A DNA stretch of 64,000 bases from an uncultured virus (IMG/VR IMGVR_UViG_3300043428_000060) (IMGVR_UViG_3300043428_000060), one strand, 5' to 3'. Positions 44,612 to 54,889 are shown, numbered from the stretch's first letter. A program made the numbers and translations. The notes: generated from the letters alone by a model not told the origin.

Positions 44612-46831
44612 TTAGTATATTTTTGATAAAGAACCTGTATTGTCGTATTTTTTAATACCTAAATTATGCACTTGCCTAATTATAGGATTTGTCGGTGTGT
44701 ATCTATGTTTATTGCAAGCCATTATAGCTAATCCAGAACTGATAGAAGCATCATACTTTGTTCTATCATTTATATTGAACCTTGCCCAGTCATTTAATGT
44801 TTTATTAAAATACATATTACCATAACCGGTTTCAAGCAATCCAACGTGATCTTCTATATATGATTCGATAGCAGCAGCGTGAGCTTGTTTAATATCTTCG
44901 CTTGAGTTTGGTATTCCTCCAATTTCTCTTTCTGTTATTGATAATTTAGAATAAGCTTTATCAGGTCGATTCATTGAAAAACCTCTATATCCTCTTCTTT
45001 TAAAATGGAATAATAATCTTGGCTTGTTATTCTCCGCTAATATTGGCATACCGTAAAATATACATGCCATCAAAACCTCCTCAAAAAATATTTCAGCTGT
45101 CTGAGGTCTTGCGATATATTCTAAAAAGAAAGTGTTTGGCGGTGCATCATCCATTGAAAACTTAGTTAAACCACTAAGCGCTCCATTAGACCCTTTCCCA
45201 TCAACAGTACCAGATATATCATAAGGGTCACATCCAAATGCACCCATGTGCTCATTACCAGGATGTTTAACGCCATTCTTTATAATTACATTGTTTTGCA
45301 AATGCAATGGAGGTATCCACGATATTAAAAATCTACCGTCTTTATTAGGATAAAATATAACCTTTGTATCAGGTATACCATTCTCCCACATAAAACTTCC
45401 TTTGGTAACAACGCTTGTATTTCTTAAATCTTCGTTATAATCTATTTGTTCATAGATCTTTGTAAGATTAAATAATGATTGTTTTGTTTCATCACGGAAT
45501 GCGTGTTGTTCTGTTCTAGGGAACTGGCGATAGTATTCATTTAAACCATCTTGATCGCTTTTTAAACCATCAACCTCGTTTTGCCAGTGCTCTATAACAC
45601 CATACTCTATTTCGTTTCCGTCGACTCCTTTGACTGGTTTTTCTGGAGTGTCGAAGACAGGTAAGCCATAAGTATCAATGAATCCCTCGTACGACCATTC
45701 CATAGGTATGAACAAACTATATAATCCTGAGCTAGTCTGTCCATTGCGGTTTCTTTTTGTAACATCTGAATTATAATAAAGTGTTTTAAAATTCTCTCCT
45801 CCTTTGTCTAAAGCATTAGATGTTGAACCCATCATACACTTTCCAATAACCCTACTACCTAATCTTAATGTAGTTTTAGTTACACGCCAGTTATTAAGAA
45901 TGTTATCAGGTCTTTCCCATTTACCACTTTCATCATGAACTAACAGTTTTAATTTTTCACCATCATAACTGTTATCACCTGTATTCTTCCAGTCAATAGT
46001 AGTATCCAACCCATCCATCTCTTCAACCTTATCGTTTGTATCTAGCTTCTTCCTTGTTAATTTAGAAGCAGGTATACGATAAGCTAACTCTGTTTTCGGA
46101 CGGTCCATACCGTCTTGGATAGGTTTGAAAAAGAAAGGATAGTTAATGGAGATTGGCACAACCTTGTCGGTAAACATTTTTTTAGCATCAGCTCCAGACT
46201 TTGATAATATACCAAACCTGGAATCACTAGATATAGTTGCTTGATTTACTAATTCAGCAGATGACATAAATGAAAATCCGGAACGTCTATTCTTTAAATA
46301 GCACATACCGTAGCATCTTGGATCTGCCTTGCAAGCTTCCCAAAATATAAAGAACAATCTATTTGACTCTCTATAATCAGGCGCTCCAATATCAATCTTA
46401 CTCCACTGTAAATACATATAATGTGTTCCAGTTATGTAAGTTGGTTGACCATTGTTGTAGAAGAATAAACCTTCTTCTCTATATTTAAACTCATTGTCGA
46501 TGTAATCATACCATCTATCTTTAAAAGAATCTGGTTGCTTATTCCAATCGAATGTGCTTTTTATTTTACTTATTTCTTTAGGGAACTCCATTTGCTCCCA
46601 GTATTGTTCTTCTTTTTTAGCAGATCTTGAATACGCATTCTCCGCTAATGGCAATGCTATTTTTAAATTCTGGATTTCAATGATCTCACCGATCTTTCCA
46701 GTCTTGCTAATAACAACCACATCATGGTCTTTATTGTATCCATATTTCCACTTGTTTAAGCGATTGTTTTGTTTAATAACACTAGACTTAATATAGTCTG
46801 GCACTATTTTATATAAAGTTTGCTCGTACAT
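44612..46831 (-). CDS. terL: terminase large subunit
   Basis: LKNRRSGFS Walker A, LLVHDESGK Walker B, GCDPYD nuclease motif, ENN. Confidence 0.92.
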   Translation of the reverse strand: MYEQTLYKIVPDYIKSSVIKQNNRLNKWKYGYNKDHDVVVISKTGKIGEIIEIQNLKIALPLAENAYSRSAKKEEQYWEQMEFPKEISKIKSTFDWNKQPDSFKDRWYDYIDNEFKYREEGLFFYNNGQPTYITGTHYMYLQWSKIDIGAPDYRESNRLFFIFWEACKADPRCYGMCYLKNRRSGFSFMSSAELVNQATISSDSRFGILSKSGADAKKMFTDKVVPISINYPFFFKPIQDGMDRPKTELAYRIPASKLTRKKLDTNDKVEEMDGLDTTIDWKNTGDNSYDGEKLKLLVHDESGKWERPDNILNNWRVTKTTLRLGSRVIGKCMMGSTSNALDKGGENFKTLYYNSDVTKRNRNGQTSSGLYSLFIPMEWSYEGFIDTYGLPVFDTPEKPVKGVDGNEIEYGVIEHWQNEVDGLKSDQDGLNEYYRQFPRTEQHAFRDETKQSLFNLTKIYEQIDYNEDLRNTSVVTKGSFMWENGIPDTKVIFYPNKDGRFLISWIPPLHLQNNVIIKNGVKHPGNEHMGAFGCDPYDISGTVDGKGSNGALSGLTKFSMDDAPPNTFFLEYIARPQTAEIFFEEVLMACIFYGMPILAENNKPRLLFHFKRRGYRGFSMNRPDKAYSKLSITEREIGGIPNSSEDIKQAHAAAIESYIEDHVGLLETGYGNMYFNKTLNDWARFNINDRTKYDASISSGLAIMACNKHRYTPTNPIIRQVHNLGIKKYDNTGSLSKIY

Positions 46832-47106
46832 TATTTAGATCTCCCCTCTGCAAAGCCTTTAAATACTTTAACTTCCGCTTCTTTATCTCCTTCTACTAAT
46901 AGCTTTTCTTCTTCTTCGATGCGACTTAATATTTCAAAGGCATCAAATATTGCAAGTTTTTTAGTAGCAGCAGCATTTTTTAATTTATCGGCAGACAAAT
47001 CGTCTTCACCATTATCCAAAATAGCTTCTTCAGCAACCTTGATTAACTCAAGAACTGCTTTGTGCCCAGCTTGGATTATATTCTGCTTCGTCTCCTTTAC
47101 ATTCAT
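46831..47106 (-). CDS. putative terminase small subunit
   Basis: Short helical ORF coupled to terL. Confidence 0.5.
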   Translation of the reverse strand: MNVKETKQNIIQAGHKAVLELIKVAEEAILDNGEDDLSADKLKNAAATKKLAIFDAFEILSRIEEEEKLLVEGDKEAEVKVFKGFAEGRSK

Positions 47107-47659
47107 ATTTAATTACAATATCATTAGATTTCATACAATAAAGTCGTTCTCCATCAATGATAAAATCAAATTCACCATACGGAGTATAACCTACAAGGTC
47201 TCCCTCGTTAATTTTAAGCTTGTTTAAAGAGTCGTTTCCATACTTTAGTATTCCAATAAGCTCTCGTTCTTTATTTAGCTTTAAATCGTCTATATTCTTT
47301 AATGGCTTTATGAAACATCTGTCTCCAAATGTGTTCCATTTATCGTCATTTGATTTATATAAGTAGATTTGCTCTAAGTCACAAAAGTATAAATCGTCCA
47401 TAAAAAAAGCTCTACTGTTCTTTTGATTACCTCTAATGTCATAGAATCTTCTAAAAACATTATGGTGTATAAGAACAATATCGCCAACTTTAATATTAGT
47501 TGAATAAGCTAGCGGGGTAGATATTACCTCCGCTAAATTATTCACAGATTTAAAACTTTCTATTTTTGTATTCAGTATAAGCTCTTTGTCTTCTACTTTA
47601 ATTTTGTTATTGTATCTTGCCCCTACGGGTTTTACAATAAAATTAAATACACTTTTCAT
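47048..47659 (-). CDS. tandem GroES-like domain protein
   Basis: IKVGDIVL and INEGDLVGY...FIIDGERLYCMKSNDI resemble two Cpn10 barrels. Confidence 0.6.
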   Translation of the reverse strand: MKSVFNFIVKPVGARYNNKIKVEDKELILNTKIESFKSVNNLAEVISTPLAYSTNIKVGDIVLIHHNVFRRFYDIRGNQKNSRAFFMDDLYFCDLEQIYLYKSNDDKWNTFGDRCFIKPLKNIDDLKLNKERELIGILKYGNDSLNKLKINEGDLVGYTPYGEFDFIIDGERLYCMKSNDIVIKYECKGDEAEYNPSWAQSSS

Positions 47660-47886
47660 TAGTATTCCAAATCGTATTCAACAGATATAGCCATGTTAGC
47701 ATTGAATTTCTTCCATGGCATTACTTCATCTCCTTTTTTTATATAAATGTTATAGGATGAATCTTTTTGATCAGACTTTATATAAGCAATCTCATGACCT
47801 CCGTACACTTGTTGTCCGATAGAATAATGCATTGCTTCGTTTTTGTAGTCCGTACCAATACTTATCTTCCTAATAACCGCATCCAT
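47659..47886 (-). CDS. hypothetical protein
   Basis: Packed ORF. Confidence 0.75.
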   Translation of the reverse strand: MDAVIRKISIGTDYKNEAMHYSIGQQVYGGHEIAYIKSDQKDSSYNIYIKKGDEVMPWKKFNANMAISVEYDLEY

Positions 47887-47888
47887 TA

Positions 47889-48158
47889 TTATACAACATC
47901 TAACTTAGCAGCTTCTTTTGCTTCTTCTTCAACCTCAACATAAGAACCATCTTCTAAATTGATATTGATAGAACCATATTCTGCTTGTAACTCAGACTTG
48001 AACTCTTCGGCTTCTTTATTAATATCAGCTAATTGGTGTAATAAGCCATGCTTTTGTGATTCTAAAACCCCGATATTAACTAACACGCTGTTAAGTTCTC
48101 TTTGATTCTTTACAAGTACTTCTAATTGTTCTGCTGTAATCTTTTTTGTTTCTGTCAT
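47889..48158 (-). CDS. small coiled-coil protein
   Basis: Heptad pattern ending YGSININLEDG; start could be 48173. Confidence 0.7.
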   Translation of the reverse strand: MTETKKITAEQLEVLVKNQRELNSVLVNIGVLESQKHGLLHQLADINKEAEEFKSELQAEYGSININLEDGSYVEVEEEAKEAAKLDVV

Positions 48159-48184
48159 TTTCTTTAATTTCATTTGATTGTTTT

Positions 48185-48445
48185 TTATTTTTTAAATATT
48201 TTGTTATAGATACCGTTTTTTCTTCTAACAATACCTCCTTTTCTAATAGGAAATTCTATAACAACATCTCCTTCGAACGAATATTCGTTTTCAGGTTCCA
48301 TTAACTTAGAATTACCTTTATTATCAATACCTAATACAGGGAAATCTACATTTTTCATTGTGATCTCCCCGCTAGGTATTACATTATAAGGTCTATCTTT
48401 GTCAGGACTATTCTTTTTGTAACCTGTTGTAGATAGATTTTTCAT
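48185..48445 (-). CDS. hypothetical late protein
   Basis: Packed ORF. Confidence 0.75.
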   Translation of the reverse strand: MKNLSTTGYKKNSPDKDRPYNVIPSGEITMKNVDFPVLGIDNKGNSKLMEPENEYSFEGDVVIEFPIRKGGIVRRKNGIYNKIFKK

Positions 48446-48449
48446 TGTA

Positions 48450-48878
48450 CTATAGGTTTACAACTTTACGTTTAGGTCTTTTATCATTAACACTTTTCAT
48501 TTCAACTTTGTCATACTTATACTCAGAAGCTGATTGTTGTTGTCTAGTCTCGTTAGCTTTTTTATTACCCATATATGCCGATAACTCACCGTATCCAGCT
48601 TTTCTCATTTTATTGTCAACGGCTGTACTGTCGCTTACTGCTTGTTTTTCAGTAGCGAATTTTTTTGCCATATAAGCATTAGCTTCTGATTTTCTTTGAG
48701 AACTTTCAAGCTTAGCTCTTGCGGCTTCTGCTGATTTTCTAACTCCTTCGCTTTTCTTATCAGCTATCATTTCGTCTACTTGTGCGTCAACTTTTGTTTT
48801 TACTTGTAAAAGAGCACTAGGAATTCCATTTCCTGTCTTTGCGTTATTACCTCTACCTGGTTTTTGTAAGTATGCCAT
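48450..48878 (-). CDS. basic hypothetical late protein
   Basis: ORF behind a class II motif. Confidence 0.75.
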   Translation of the reverse strand: MAYLQKPGRGNNAKTGNGIPSALLQVKTKVDAQVDEMIADKKSEGVRKSAEAARAKLESSQRKSEANAYMAKKFATEKQAVSDSTAVDNKMRKAGYGELSAYMGNKKANETRQQQSASEYKYDKVEMKSVNDKRPKRKVVNL

Positions 48879-48902
48879 TTTGTTTTGTTATTTATTATTA
48901 AT

Positions 48903-48927
48903 ATTACGCGTATTTATTGCTTTTTAT
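48903..48927 (-). promoter_or_regulatory. class II (late) phage promoter motif
   Basis: ATAA-N15-CGTAAT on the minus strand. Confidence 0.65.
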
Positions 48928-49228
48928 AAGCTTCTACTTCCCAAGGTAATTTTTTTGAACCTTCATTAATAGAAGCACGCAAATACTTTTTACCTTTCCA
49001 TATAACATGAGAATCAGTATAATCTAAATCACCTCTTTTCATTTGATCGATGTGAACCATCTCGTGCTCTATAGTTTTACTTTTTTTTAATTCTAATGGC
49101 GATACATTCTTGTTTATAAGTATAGAACCATTGTTCTGAGCCATACCTAAAATGTTATCATCCATATCAACACTATAAATTGGGGTATTGTCCATATTAT
49201 ACGGAGCTCCCTTCATTATAAATGCCAT
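48914..49228 (-). CDS. small HExxH zinc metallopeptidase
   Basis: GMAQNNGSILIN...EHEMVHIDQ...PWEVEAY. Confidence 0.75.
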   Translation of the reverse strand: MAFIMKGAPYNMDNTPIYSVDMDDNILGMAQNNGSILINKNVSPLELKKSKTIEHEMVHIDQMKRGDLDYTDSHVIWKGKKYLRASINEGSKKLPWEVEAYKKQ

Positions 49229-49229
49229 A

Positions 49230-49382
49230 TTAGCATTTCTTCATTTTAGCTGGAGACTTACCTTTCATTACTTCTTTTTTCTGCATTGACTTAGACTCTT
49301 TTTTTTCGTGTTTAGCCATTGCTGCTTTTGAAGCGTATTTTTCTCCTGTAGCTTTTTCTACAATTTTCTTTTTGATCGCCAT
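49230..49382 (-). CDS. small Lys-rich protein (50 aa)
   Basis: Manual translation MAIKKKIVEKATGEKYASK...GKSPAKMKKC. Confidence 0.7.
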   Translation of the reverse strand: MAIKKKIVEKATGEKYASKAAMAKHEKKESKSMQKKEVMKGKSPAKMKKC

Positions 49383-49400
49383 GATATTTTGTATTTAATA

Positions 49401-49432
49401 AAAACAACCGCAAATTTCTTCACGGTTGTTTT
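49401..49432 (-). terminator. intrinsic terminator
   Basis: AAAACAACCG-N12-CGGTTGTTTT. Confidence 0.7.
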
Positions 49433-49444
49433 AAATTTTTATAA

Positions 49445-49717
49445 TTATGCTACAACTGGTAAAGCACCGATTGTAACTCCAGAAGGCATTACAACGTCTA
49501 CTAATGTTGGGCCATTAACTGCAAGGATCGCTTTATTAACCGCAGCAACAGTTCCAGCAGCACCCGCAGCACTAGTTGTGAATGTGAATGATTTTACACC
49601 AGCATAGATAGCGAATGTAGTAGCTGTTAAATAAGAAACTGCGCTAATAGAATCTGCGTTAAATAAGATAACAGGAGAACCAGCTACAGTTGTTGGAATT
49701 TGGATGAATTTTGCCAT
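49445..49717 (-). CDS. small, probably abundant virion protein
   Basis: Ala/Thr/Val-rich, capsid-like codon bias, followed by a terminator. Confidence 0.65.
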   Translation of the reverse strand: MAKFIQIPTTVAGSPVILFNADSISAVSYLTATTFAIYAGVKSFTFTTSAAGAAGTVAAVNKAILAVNGPTLVDVVMPSGVTIGALPVVA

Positions 49718-49755
49718 TTTTGTTTTAGTGTTTAAGTGTTTGTTATTGTTTGTTA

Positions 49756-50148
49756 TTATATTTTGCTTATTTTTTTTGATGCATTATATTTATTAAACGT
49801 AAAAGCGTCTTCTTTATTACGTAAAGCATTAGTAGTTCTTGTATCTTTCAATAATTCGGAACCTTCTTTTACCTTAAATGCTTTGCTAGCTTCCGCTTTA
49901 ACCGTTTTTGGATCTAAGACTTTCTCTTTAGGTTTTTCTTTTTCTTTTTCTTTGCCTGCAGCTGTTAATCCTGCTCCAACAATTTTACCAAAAGACATTA
50001 TAGCTGCATTAGCCGCATCATTGTTATATACATTGTTTGGATCAAAACCCCCTGATTCATAAGCTCCGCCAGAACCTCCTTGATCTACCATACTTCTTTG
50101 AAGATGGAAAGGAGAACCACTATTTTTCTTTATTAAGTTTAAAGACAT
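49756..50148 (-). CDS. hypothetical late protein
   Basis: Start at MSLNLIKK (50148) avoids overlap with the upstream gene. Confidence 0.7.
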   Translation of the reverse strand: MSLNLIKKNSGSPFHLQRSMVDQGGSGGAYESGGFDPNNVYNNDAANAAIMSFGKIVGAGLTAAGKEKEKEKPKEKVLDPKTVKAEASKAFKVKEGSELLKDTRTTNALRNKEDAFTFNKYNASKKISKI

Positions 50149-50152
50149 AGCT

Positions 50153-50371
50153 TTAGAATCTAGCTTTAGCTCTTTGAGTAATTGGACCTGCTTTATATAT
50201 AGGCTTGTCATTATTAAAGATCATACCGTCTTTACCACTGCTTGATCCTTTACCTTTAGGATACCCTTCAGAATCCCATGGTCCAGCCCATACTGCATTA
50301 GCTCCTAATCCAGATAATTGACCTTCTCTATCTAAAGGAGTCTTTGGGTGTTTCGTTGCGTTTATTTTCAT
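50153..50371 (-). CDS. hypothetical late protein
   Basis: Packed ORF. Confidence 0.7.
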   Translation of the reverse strand: MKINATKHPKTPLDREGQLSGLGANAVWAGPWDSEGYPKGKGSSSGKDGMIFNNDKPIYKAGPITQRAKARF

Positions 50372-50373
50372 AA

Positions 50374-50700
50374 TTATTGTCCGTTTAAATCGTAGTTCGG
50401 TGTAATTGGTGTTTGTACTCCCATTGGCGGTGGAACCGGTTGTCCATATCCTTGTAACGCCCCATCAGTTCCTGCCATAATAGCATTAACATCATTTTGT
50501 TGCGTTGGATTAGTTGGATCCATTGGCGGAATATATCCTTGACTTGTCATTTGCATTAATGGAGCTGCCCCCACGGATCTTGTGAATGTTCCTGGATTTG
50601 CTTGACCAAACACACCTTGAATTGCATCTTGATTTGAGAGCGCTGTTGGGCTAATTGCATTTGGTTGCAATTGATTATTGTATAATTTGTTATTCATCAT
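50374..50700 (-). CDS. Pro/Gln/Asn-rich hypothetical protein
   Basis: Packed ORF. Confidence 0.7.
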   Translation of the reverse strand: MMNNKLYNNQLQPNAISPTALSNQDAIQGVFGQANPGTFTRSVGAAPLMQMTSQGYIPPMDPTNPTQQNDVNAIMAGTDGALQGYGQPVPPPMGVQTPITPNYDLNGQ

Positions 50701-51148
50701 AATCGTGTCTTGTTTTATCTTTATTTGTATTTTCTATTGCAGTAATCATTACAGTATCCGTATATGTTTTACCACTCATTATAATATTTCTACTACTTGT
50801 TGGTATATCTTCTTTACCAAGCATTATACGGTACATGCGACTTATAAGTTGTTTACACTTGAATGAAACTTTATATATATTGTATTTTTGAGTTGTGTGG
50901 TTTCTGGGTCTCCATACCACAATCCAACCTTCTTTTAATAAATTGTTCCAGCGTTTATTGTCCCAACTGTATGCGTAAGTACCTATCTTATAATCCTGTT
51001 TGGTAAAGAAATCCATGCAATCAAAATAAATTAACAGTTCTAAATCAGCATCTGTTAAGTCATTGTTACGGCATGCCCATCTTCGTATAATTCTATAATG
51101 TTTTAATAAACCAAGATCTTTAATGTCGGATGCTTCTAAGCGTATCAT
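50690..51148 (-). CDS. putative winged-helix protein
   Basis: LTDADLELLIYF...LLKEGWIVVW...YKVSFK pattern. Confidence 0.55.
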   Translation of the reverse strand: MIRLEASDIKDLGLLKHYRIIRRWACRNNDLTDADLELLIYFDCMDFFTKQDYKIGTYAYSWDNKRWNNLLKEGWIVVWRPRNHTTQKYNIYKVSFKCKQLISRMYRIMLGKEDIPTSSRNIIMSGKTYTDTVMITAIENTNKDKTRHDYDE

Positions 51149-51405
51149 AATACAATAACTACGTCTCCTAACTTTATAACTTGGTAAGTTTCTTTATCTA
51201 CTTCAATTTTATGACCGGCATGCCTGTCGTAGAATATACTATCACCTTGCTTAACACCTACAACCTGATCTCCAACTTGTATAACTTTAGCTTCAATATA
51301 TCTAATATCGTCTCTATGGTTTTCCGCAAGTAACAAACCACCTTTTGTAGCGGTTGTACCTTCTTTTACTTTTTGTATAACTAAATTAATTCCAATTGCT
51401 TTCAT
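51145..51405 (-). CDS. groES: co-chaperonin
   Basis: TKGGLLL mobile loop, VIQVG, VKQGD. Confidence 0.88.
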   Translation of the reverse strand: MKAIGINLVIQKVKEGTTATKGGLLLAENHRDDIRYIEAKVIQVGDQVVGVKQGDSIFYDRHAGHKIEVDKETYQVIKLGDVVIVL

Positions 51406-52949
51406 TACATTCTCATGTTATTAATGACACAATCAGTTGACAATATAGTTGTAGCCACAGATCCGGCATTTCTTAAAGCGCTTTTAGTAACCAATAATGG
51501 ATCAATAATTCCTGCTTCAATCATATTAACAGTCTTGTTTGTAATAACATTAAGACCATAACCTGTTTTAGATACTGGATCTAATGAAACAACGTCAATA
51601 CCCGCATTAGCTAATATAGTATTGAATGGTGCTCTAATAGAGTCTAGTAATATTTCTTCGCCTAAAGATTTCGCATCAACATTGTACGAAGCATTTAATA
51701 AAGCAATTCCGCCTCCTGGCACAATACCTTCTTTAATAGCTGCTTTTGTTGCACATATTGCATCTTCAATTCTATCGGCTTTTTCTTTTAATTCTATTTC
51801 TGAATTAGCTCCTACTTTAACAATAGCAATTTTTGCTGTTAATCTAGCTAATCTTTTTTCTAACTTAATAACCTTGTGACTTGGTTGATTCTCAGATAAT
51901 GATTTTTTAATCTCATCTATAATCTCTAATACCTCTTCTTTAGTTTCACCAACGTGTAAGATAGTTTCTTCATGGTTAGTAATACTCTTAAGGCAAGTAC
52001 CTAATAATTCAGGTTGTATTAAATCTAAGTCATCACCTAAGTCTTCGTTTATTAACGTTGCACCAGTTAATAAAGCAAGATCATCAAAGATCTCTTTTCT
52101 ATTAATACCATAAGTTGGTGCATTGATAACGTTTACTTTTATATTACCTTTTGATTTGTTCATTGCCAATGTAGACAATACTGTTTGATCCAAGTCAGCA
52201 ATAATAAGTAATGATTTATTATTCTTTATAACATACTCCAATACTGATTGGATTTGTCTTATACTTTCAACAGGAGATTCTACCAATAATACTAATGGAT
52301 TTTCTAACTCTGCTGATTTGTTTTTATGGTTTGTAATGAAATGTGTATTGGTTAATCCCATATCACATTGCACTCCTTCAACAATTTGTAAGCTACACTC
52401 AGGTTCTACTGATGTTTCCATCATAACAATTCCTGTATTACCTACTGATCTAAAAGCATCTCCAACTAACTTACCTAATTCAGGATCATTGTTTGTTGAA
52501 ATTGTAGCAATCTGATCTAACATATTGCCATCAACTTTTATTGACATGCTCTCAAGGTATTCAATTACGTTTTCAATAGCTTTATTGATACCTTCTTTAA
52601 TTTCTCTTGCATTAGGATTTTCAATAGCATAAGCATTTTTTAAAATTGAATGTGCTAATACTGTTGCAGTAGTTGTTCCGTCTCCGGCTTCTCTTACTGT
52701 TTTTCTAGCAGCTTCTTTTAATAATGTAGCCCCCATATTTTCAACAGGATCTAGCAAGATAATTGAATCCGCAACGGATACACCATCTTTCGTAATAACA
52801 GGTCTACCGGCAGCATCTTCTAAAAGAACACATTTACCACTTGCTCCTAATGTAGAGCTAACTGCTTTTGCTAGCTTTTCTATTCCAGCAAAAACTTTAT
52901 CGCTTGCTTCTTTTCCAAAGCTTAAATTTTTGACTATAGCGTCTGACAT
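51405..52949 (-). CDS. groEL: chaperonin
   Basis: ITKDGVSVA, GDGTTTATVLA, EGIVPGGG, GIIDP. Confidence 0.96.
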   Translation of the reverse strand: MSDAIVKNLSFGKEASDKVFAGIEKLAKAVSSTLGASGKCVLLEDAAGRPVITKDGVSVADSIILLDPVENMGATLLKEAARKTVREAGDGTTTATVLAHSILKNAYAIENPNAREIKEGINKAIENVIEYLESMSIKVDGNMLDQIATISTNNDPELGKLVGDAFRSVGNTGIVMMETSVEPECSLQIVEGVQCDMGLTNTHFITNHKNKSAELENPLVLLVESPVESIRQIQSVLEYVIKNNKSLLIIADLDQTVLSTLAMNKSKGNIKVNVINAPTYGINRKEIFDDLALLTGATLINEDLGDDLDLIQPELLGTCLKSITNHEETILHVGETKEEVLEIIDEIKKSLSENQPSHKVIKLEKRLARLTAKIAIVKVGANSEIELKEKADRIEDAICATKAAIKEGIVPGGGIALLNASYNVDAKSLGEEILLDSIRAPFNTILANAGIDVVSLDPVSKTGYGLNVITNKTVNMIEAGIIDPLLVTKSALRNAGSVATTILSTDCVINNMRM

Positions 52950-52982
52950 AATTTTATTTAATTTGATTGATATAGTTTATAT

Positions 52983-53007
52983 ATTACACGTTTTACAAAA
53001 ATCTTAC
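52983..53007 (-). promoter_or_regulatory. class II (late) phage promoter motif
   Basis: GTAA-N15-TGTAAT upstream of groEL. Confidence 0.72.
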
Positions 53008-53477
53008 CTACTTAACGTAAACAACGACTTACCGTATTTTTCTAAAACAATTATAATAGCTACAGGTATTAAAAACCAAAGATACATCCAGTAGTTTGCT
53101 TTTTTGTCAATTTTTTTATTAATTAACTTTTTAGAATCTTCTCTTTTTACATTTAACTTTTTTACAGAAGATACTTTGCTTGTTACTTTGGTTTTATCTA
53201 TCTTAATACCTTTTTTCTTTTTTAACTTTATAATAGTATTGATGTACTGTTTACCATCAATAACCATCGGCTTTAATGTATCTAAAGGTTTGTATTCTAT
53301 TTCTTCTTCACAATCCTCAGTTACCACATTATTTTCTTTTACATAAGTACCGTCGACTTTTACAACAACGGTACTATCTACAACAGTTTTAATATCTTCT
53401 TTTACAATCGCAACCTTTCTTGATGCGCAAGAAACAAATAGTAATAAACTAATAATTAATATAAGACGTTTTGCCAT
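53004..53477 (-). CDS. putative unimolecular spanin
   Basis: N-terminal lipobox (LLFVSC) plus C-terminal TM helix, adjacent to the endolysin gene. Confidence 0.7.
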   Translation of the reverse strand: MAKRLILIISLLLFVSCASRKVAIVKEDIKTVVDSTVVVKVDGTYVKENNVVTEDCEEEIEYKPLDTLKPMVIDGKQYINTIIKLKKKKGIKIDKTKVTSKVSSVKKLNVKREDSKKLINKKIDKKANYWMYLWFLIPVAIIIVLEKYGKSLFTLSR

Positions 53478-53907
53478 TTTTCTTTATTGCTTTAAGTATT
53501 TGTTTTCTTTGTTTACCAGTTGACTCGTAAGATACATGTACCCAATCAGGATTTTTATCTGTACCAAATTCCCATATTAATTGATCAAATACTAAATTAT
53601 CTTTTATCCAATTAAATATTTGAGCATTTGTAATCGCAGTTCCATCCATATCTATATCCATAGCTTCACCTGAACAGTGTTGGCTCGATATAGCTCCTTT
53701 TATCGCTTTATTTAAAGCTAAGCTTCTGTAACCTGAAGATATATGTATTGGCTCTTTAAAATGATCTCTAATAGGCTGGAATACATTAATGGCTAACTTT
53801 TTCATATTAACTAAATGGTCATCACTTGGCATATTTGAAATACTTCTTCTTTTTGCCTCACTACTGATAATCATTTCTGCTAATGATAGGTTTTTAGATA
53901 ATTGCAT
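53449..53907 (-). CDS. endolysin, peptidase M15 family
   Basis: ISSGYRS...SQHCSGEAMD...WVHVSY. Confidence 0.9.
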   Translation of the reverse strand: MQLSKNLSLAEMIISSEAKRRSISNMPSDDHLVNMKKLAINVFQPIRDHFKEPIHISSGYRSLALNKAIKGAISSQHCSGEAMDIDMDGTAITNAQIFNWIKDNLVFDQLIWEFGTDKNPDWVHVSYESTGKQRKQILKAIKKNGKTSYINY

Positions 53908-53922
53908 TGTTTATTAATTTAA

Positions 53923-54093
53923 TTAAATATCTTTGCTATTGTTTTTATTTCTCATTGTCTCGAATATTTTCAATCCGGTATATAATATTGAGAATACTAA
54001 TAACACTATTTTTAAAGTGTTTTCAATATTTGAAAAACTTAATGCCATTGATATGGTGTTTATGATTCCTATCTTTAGATCGTTATTGTTCAT
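53923..54093 (-). CDS. putative holin (56 aa, two TM)
   Basis: Manual translation MNNNDLKIGIINTISMALSFSNIENTLKIVLLVFSIIYTGLKIF... with a charged tail. Confidence 0.65.
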   Translation of the reverse strand: MNNNDLKIGIINTISMALSFSNIENTLKIVLLVFSILYTGLKIFETMRNKNNSKDI

Positions 54094-54283
54094 GCTTGGA
54101 CTTATATATACGTTCTACAATATCTGTCACTCCTTGTAGCGATATATAAGCTGTAGCTATTATCACCCAATCATTGCTTTCTATACTGCCTGAAAATAAA
54201 GCTATAGAAGCTATTGCAAATACGGTTAATTTTCTACTAACCCATTTGTTTAAAAACAAATCTATTTTTTCTTTTCTACTCAT
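54083..54283 (-). CDS. putative holin/antiholin
   Basis: SRKL followed by two hydrophobic segments; in the lysis cluster. Confidence 0.65.
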   Translation of the reverse strand: MSRKEKIDLFLNKWVSRKLTVFAIASIALFSGSIESNDWVIIATAYISLQGVTDIVERIYKSKHEQ

Positions 54284-54420
54284 TATTTCCCTTGACCTTT
54301 ATATGATTTCTTATAATTTTTAGAATCTTTAAGACTTGATGTCTTTGATTTAGCATGAACACCTGGTCTACTTATTTTTTTCTTCTCTAACTTAATAGAT
54401 TCGTTTTTTGCTTTTGCCAT
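54283..54420 (-). CDS. small highly basic protein (45 aa)
   Basis: MAKAKNESIKLEKKKISRPGVHAKSK...YKGQGK. Confidence 0.7.
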   Translation of the reverse strand: MAKAKNESIKLEKKKISRPGVHAKSKTSSLKDSKNYKKSYKGQGK

Positions 54421-54430
54421 TATTTTATTA

Positions 54431-54889
54431 TTAAGGTTGTGTAAATACTAATCCGCCACCAATTCCACTATTCTGCGCTTGTGACAAACTCGCTGTATAA
54501 GAATAAACACCTGGCGATAATACTAAAGCTGATGAATCTGTTGTTCCGGTTGTTTTAGATCTAACAGCTGACCTTGTATTGCCCCCAATATTAATATTTG
54601 CTGTAACTGTAGGCGTTCCGTTTATAATAGTTGCTCTAGCATAAAATGTAGCGCTTGATCCAGTTATAGTTATTGTTCCGGATCCACTATTACTACTTAA
54701 TGTTGTATAACTCCAAAAATATGTTCCTGTTATTACAACACTGTTATTACTATATCCATAAAAATCAGATATTTTATCAGGCGTTGAAAACCCGGCCTGA
54801 GCGCTTAATGCTCTAAGCGACCCATTGCTAGTACCTAATTCATTGCGAATTTGATTTATGGATAAAGGTCCTGATACTGGTAATGCCAT
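54431..54889 (-). CDS. tail fibre tip/receptor-binding accessory protein
   Basis: MALPVSGPLSINQIRNELG...ISDFYG adaptor plus beta-rich domain. Confidence 0.65.
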   Translation of the reverse strand: MALPVSGPLSINQIRNELGTSNGSLRALSAQAGFSTPDKISDFYGYSNNSVVITGTYFWSYTTLSSNSGSGTITITGSSATFYARATIINGTPTVTANINIGGNTRSAVRSKTTGTTDSSALVLSPGVYSYTASLSQAQNSGIGGGLVFTQP

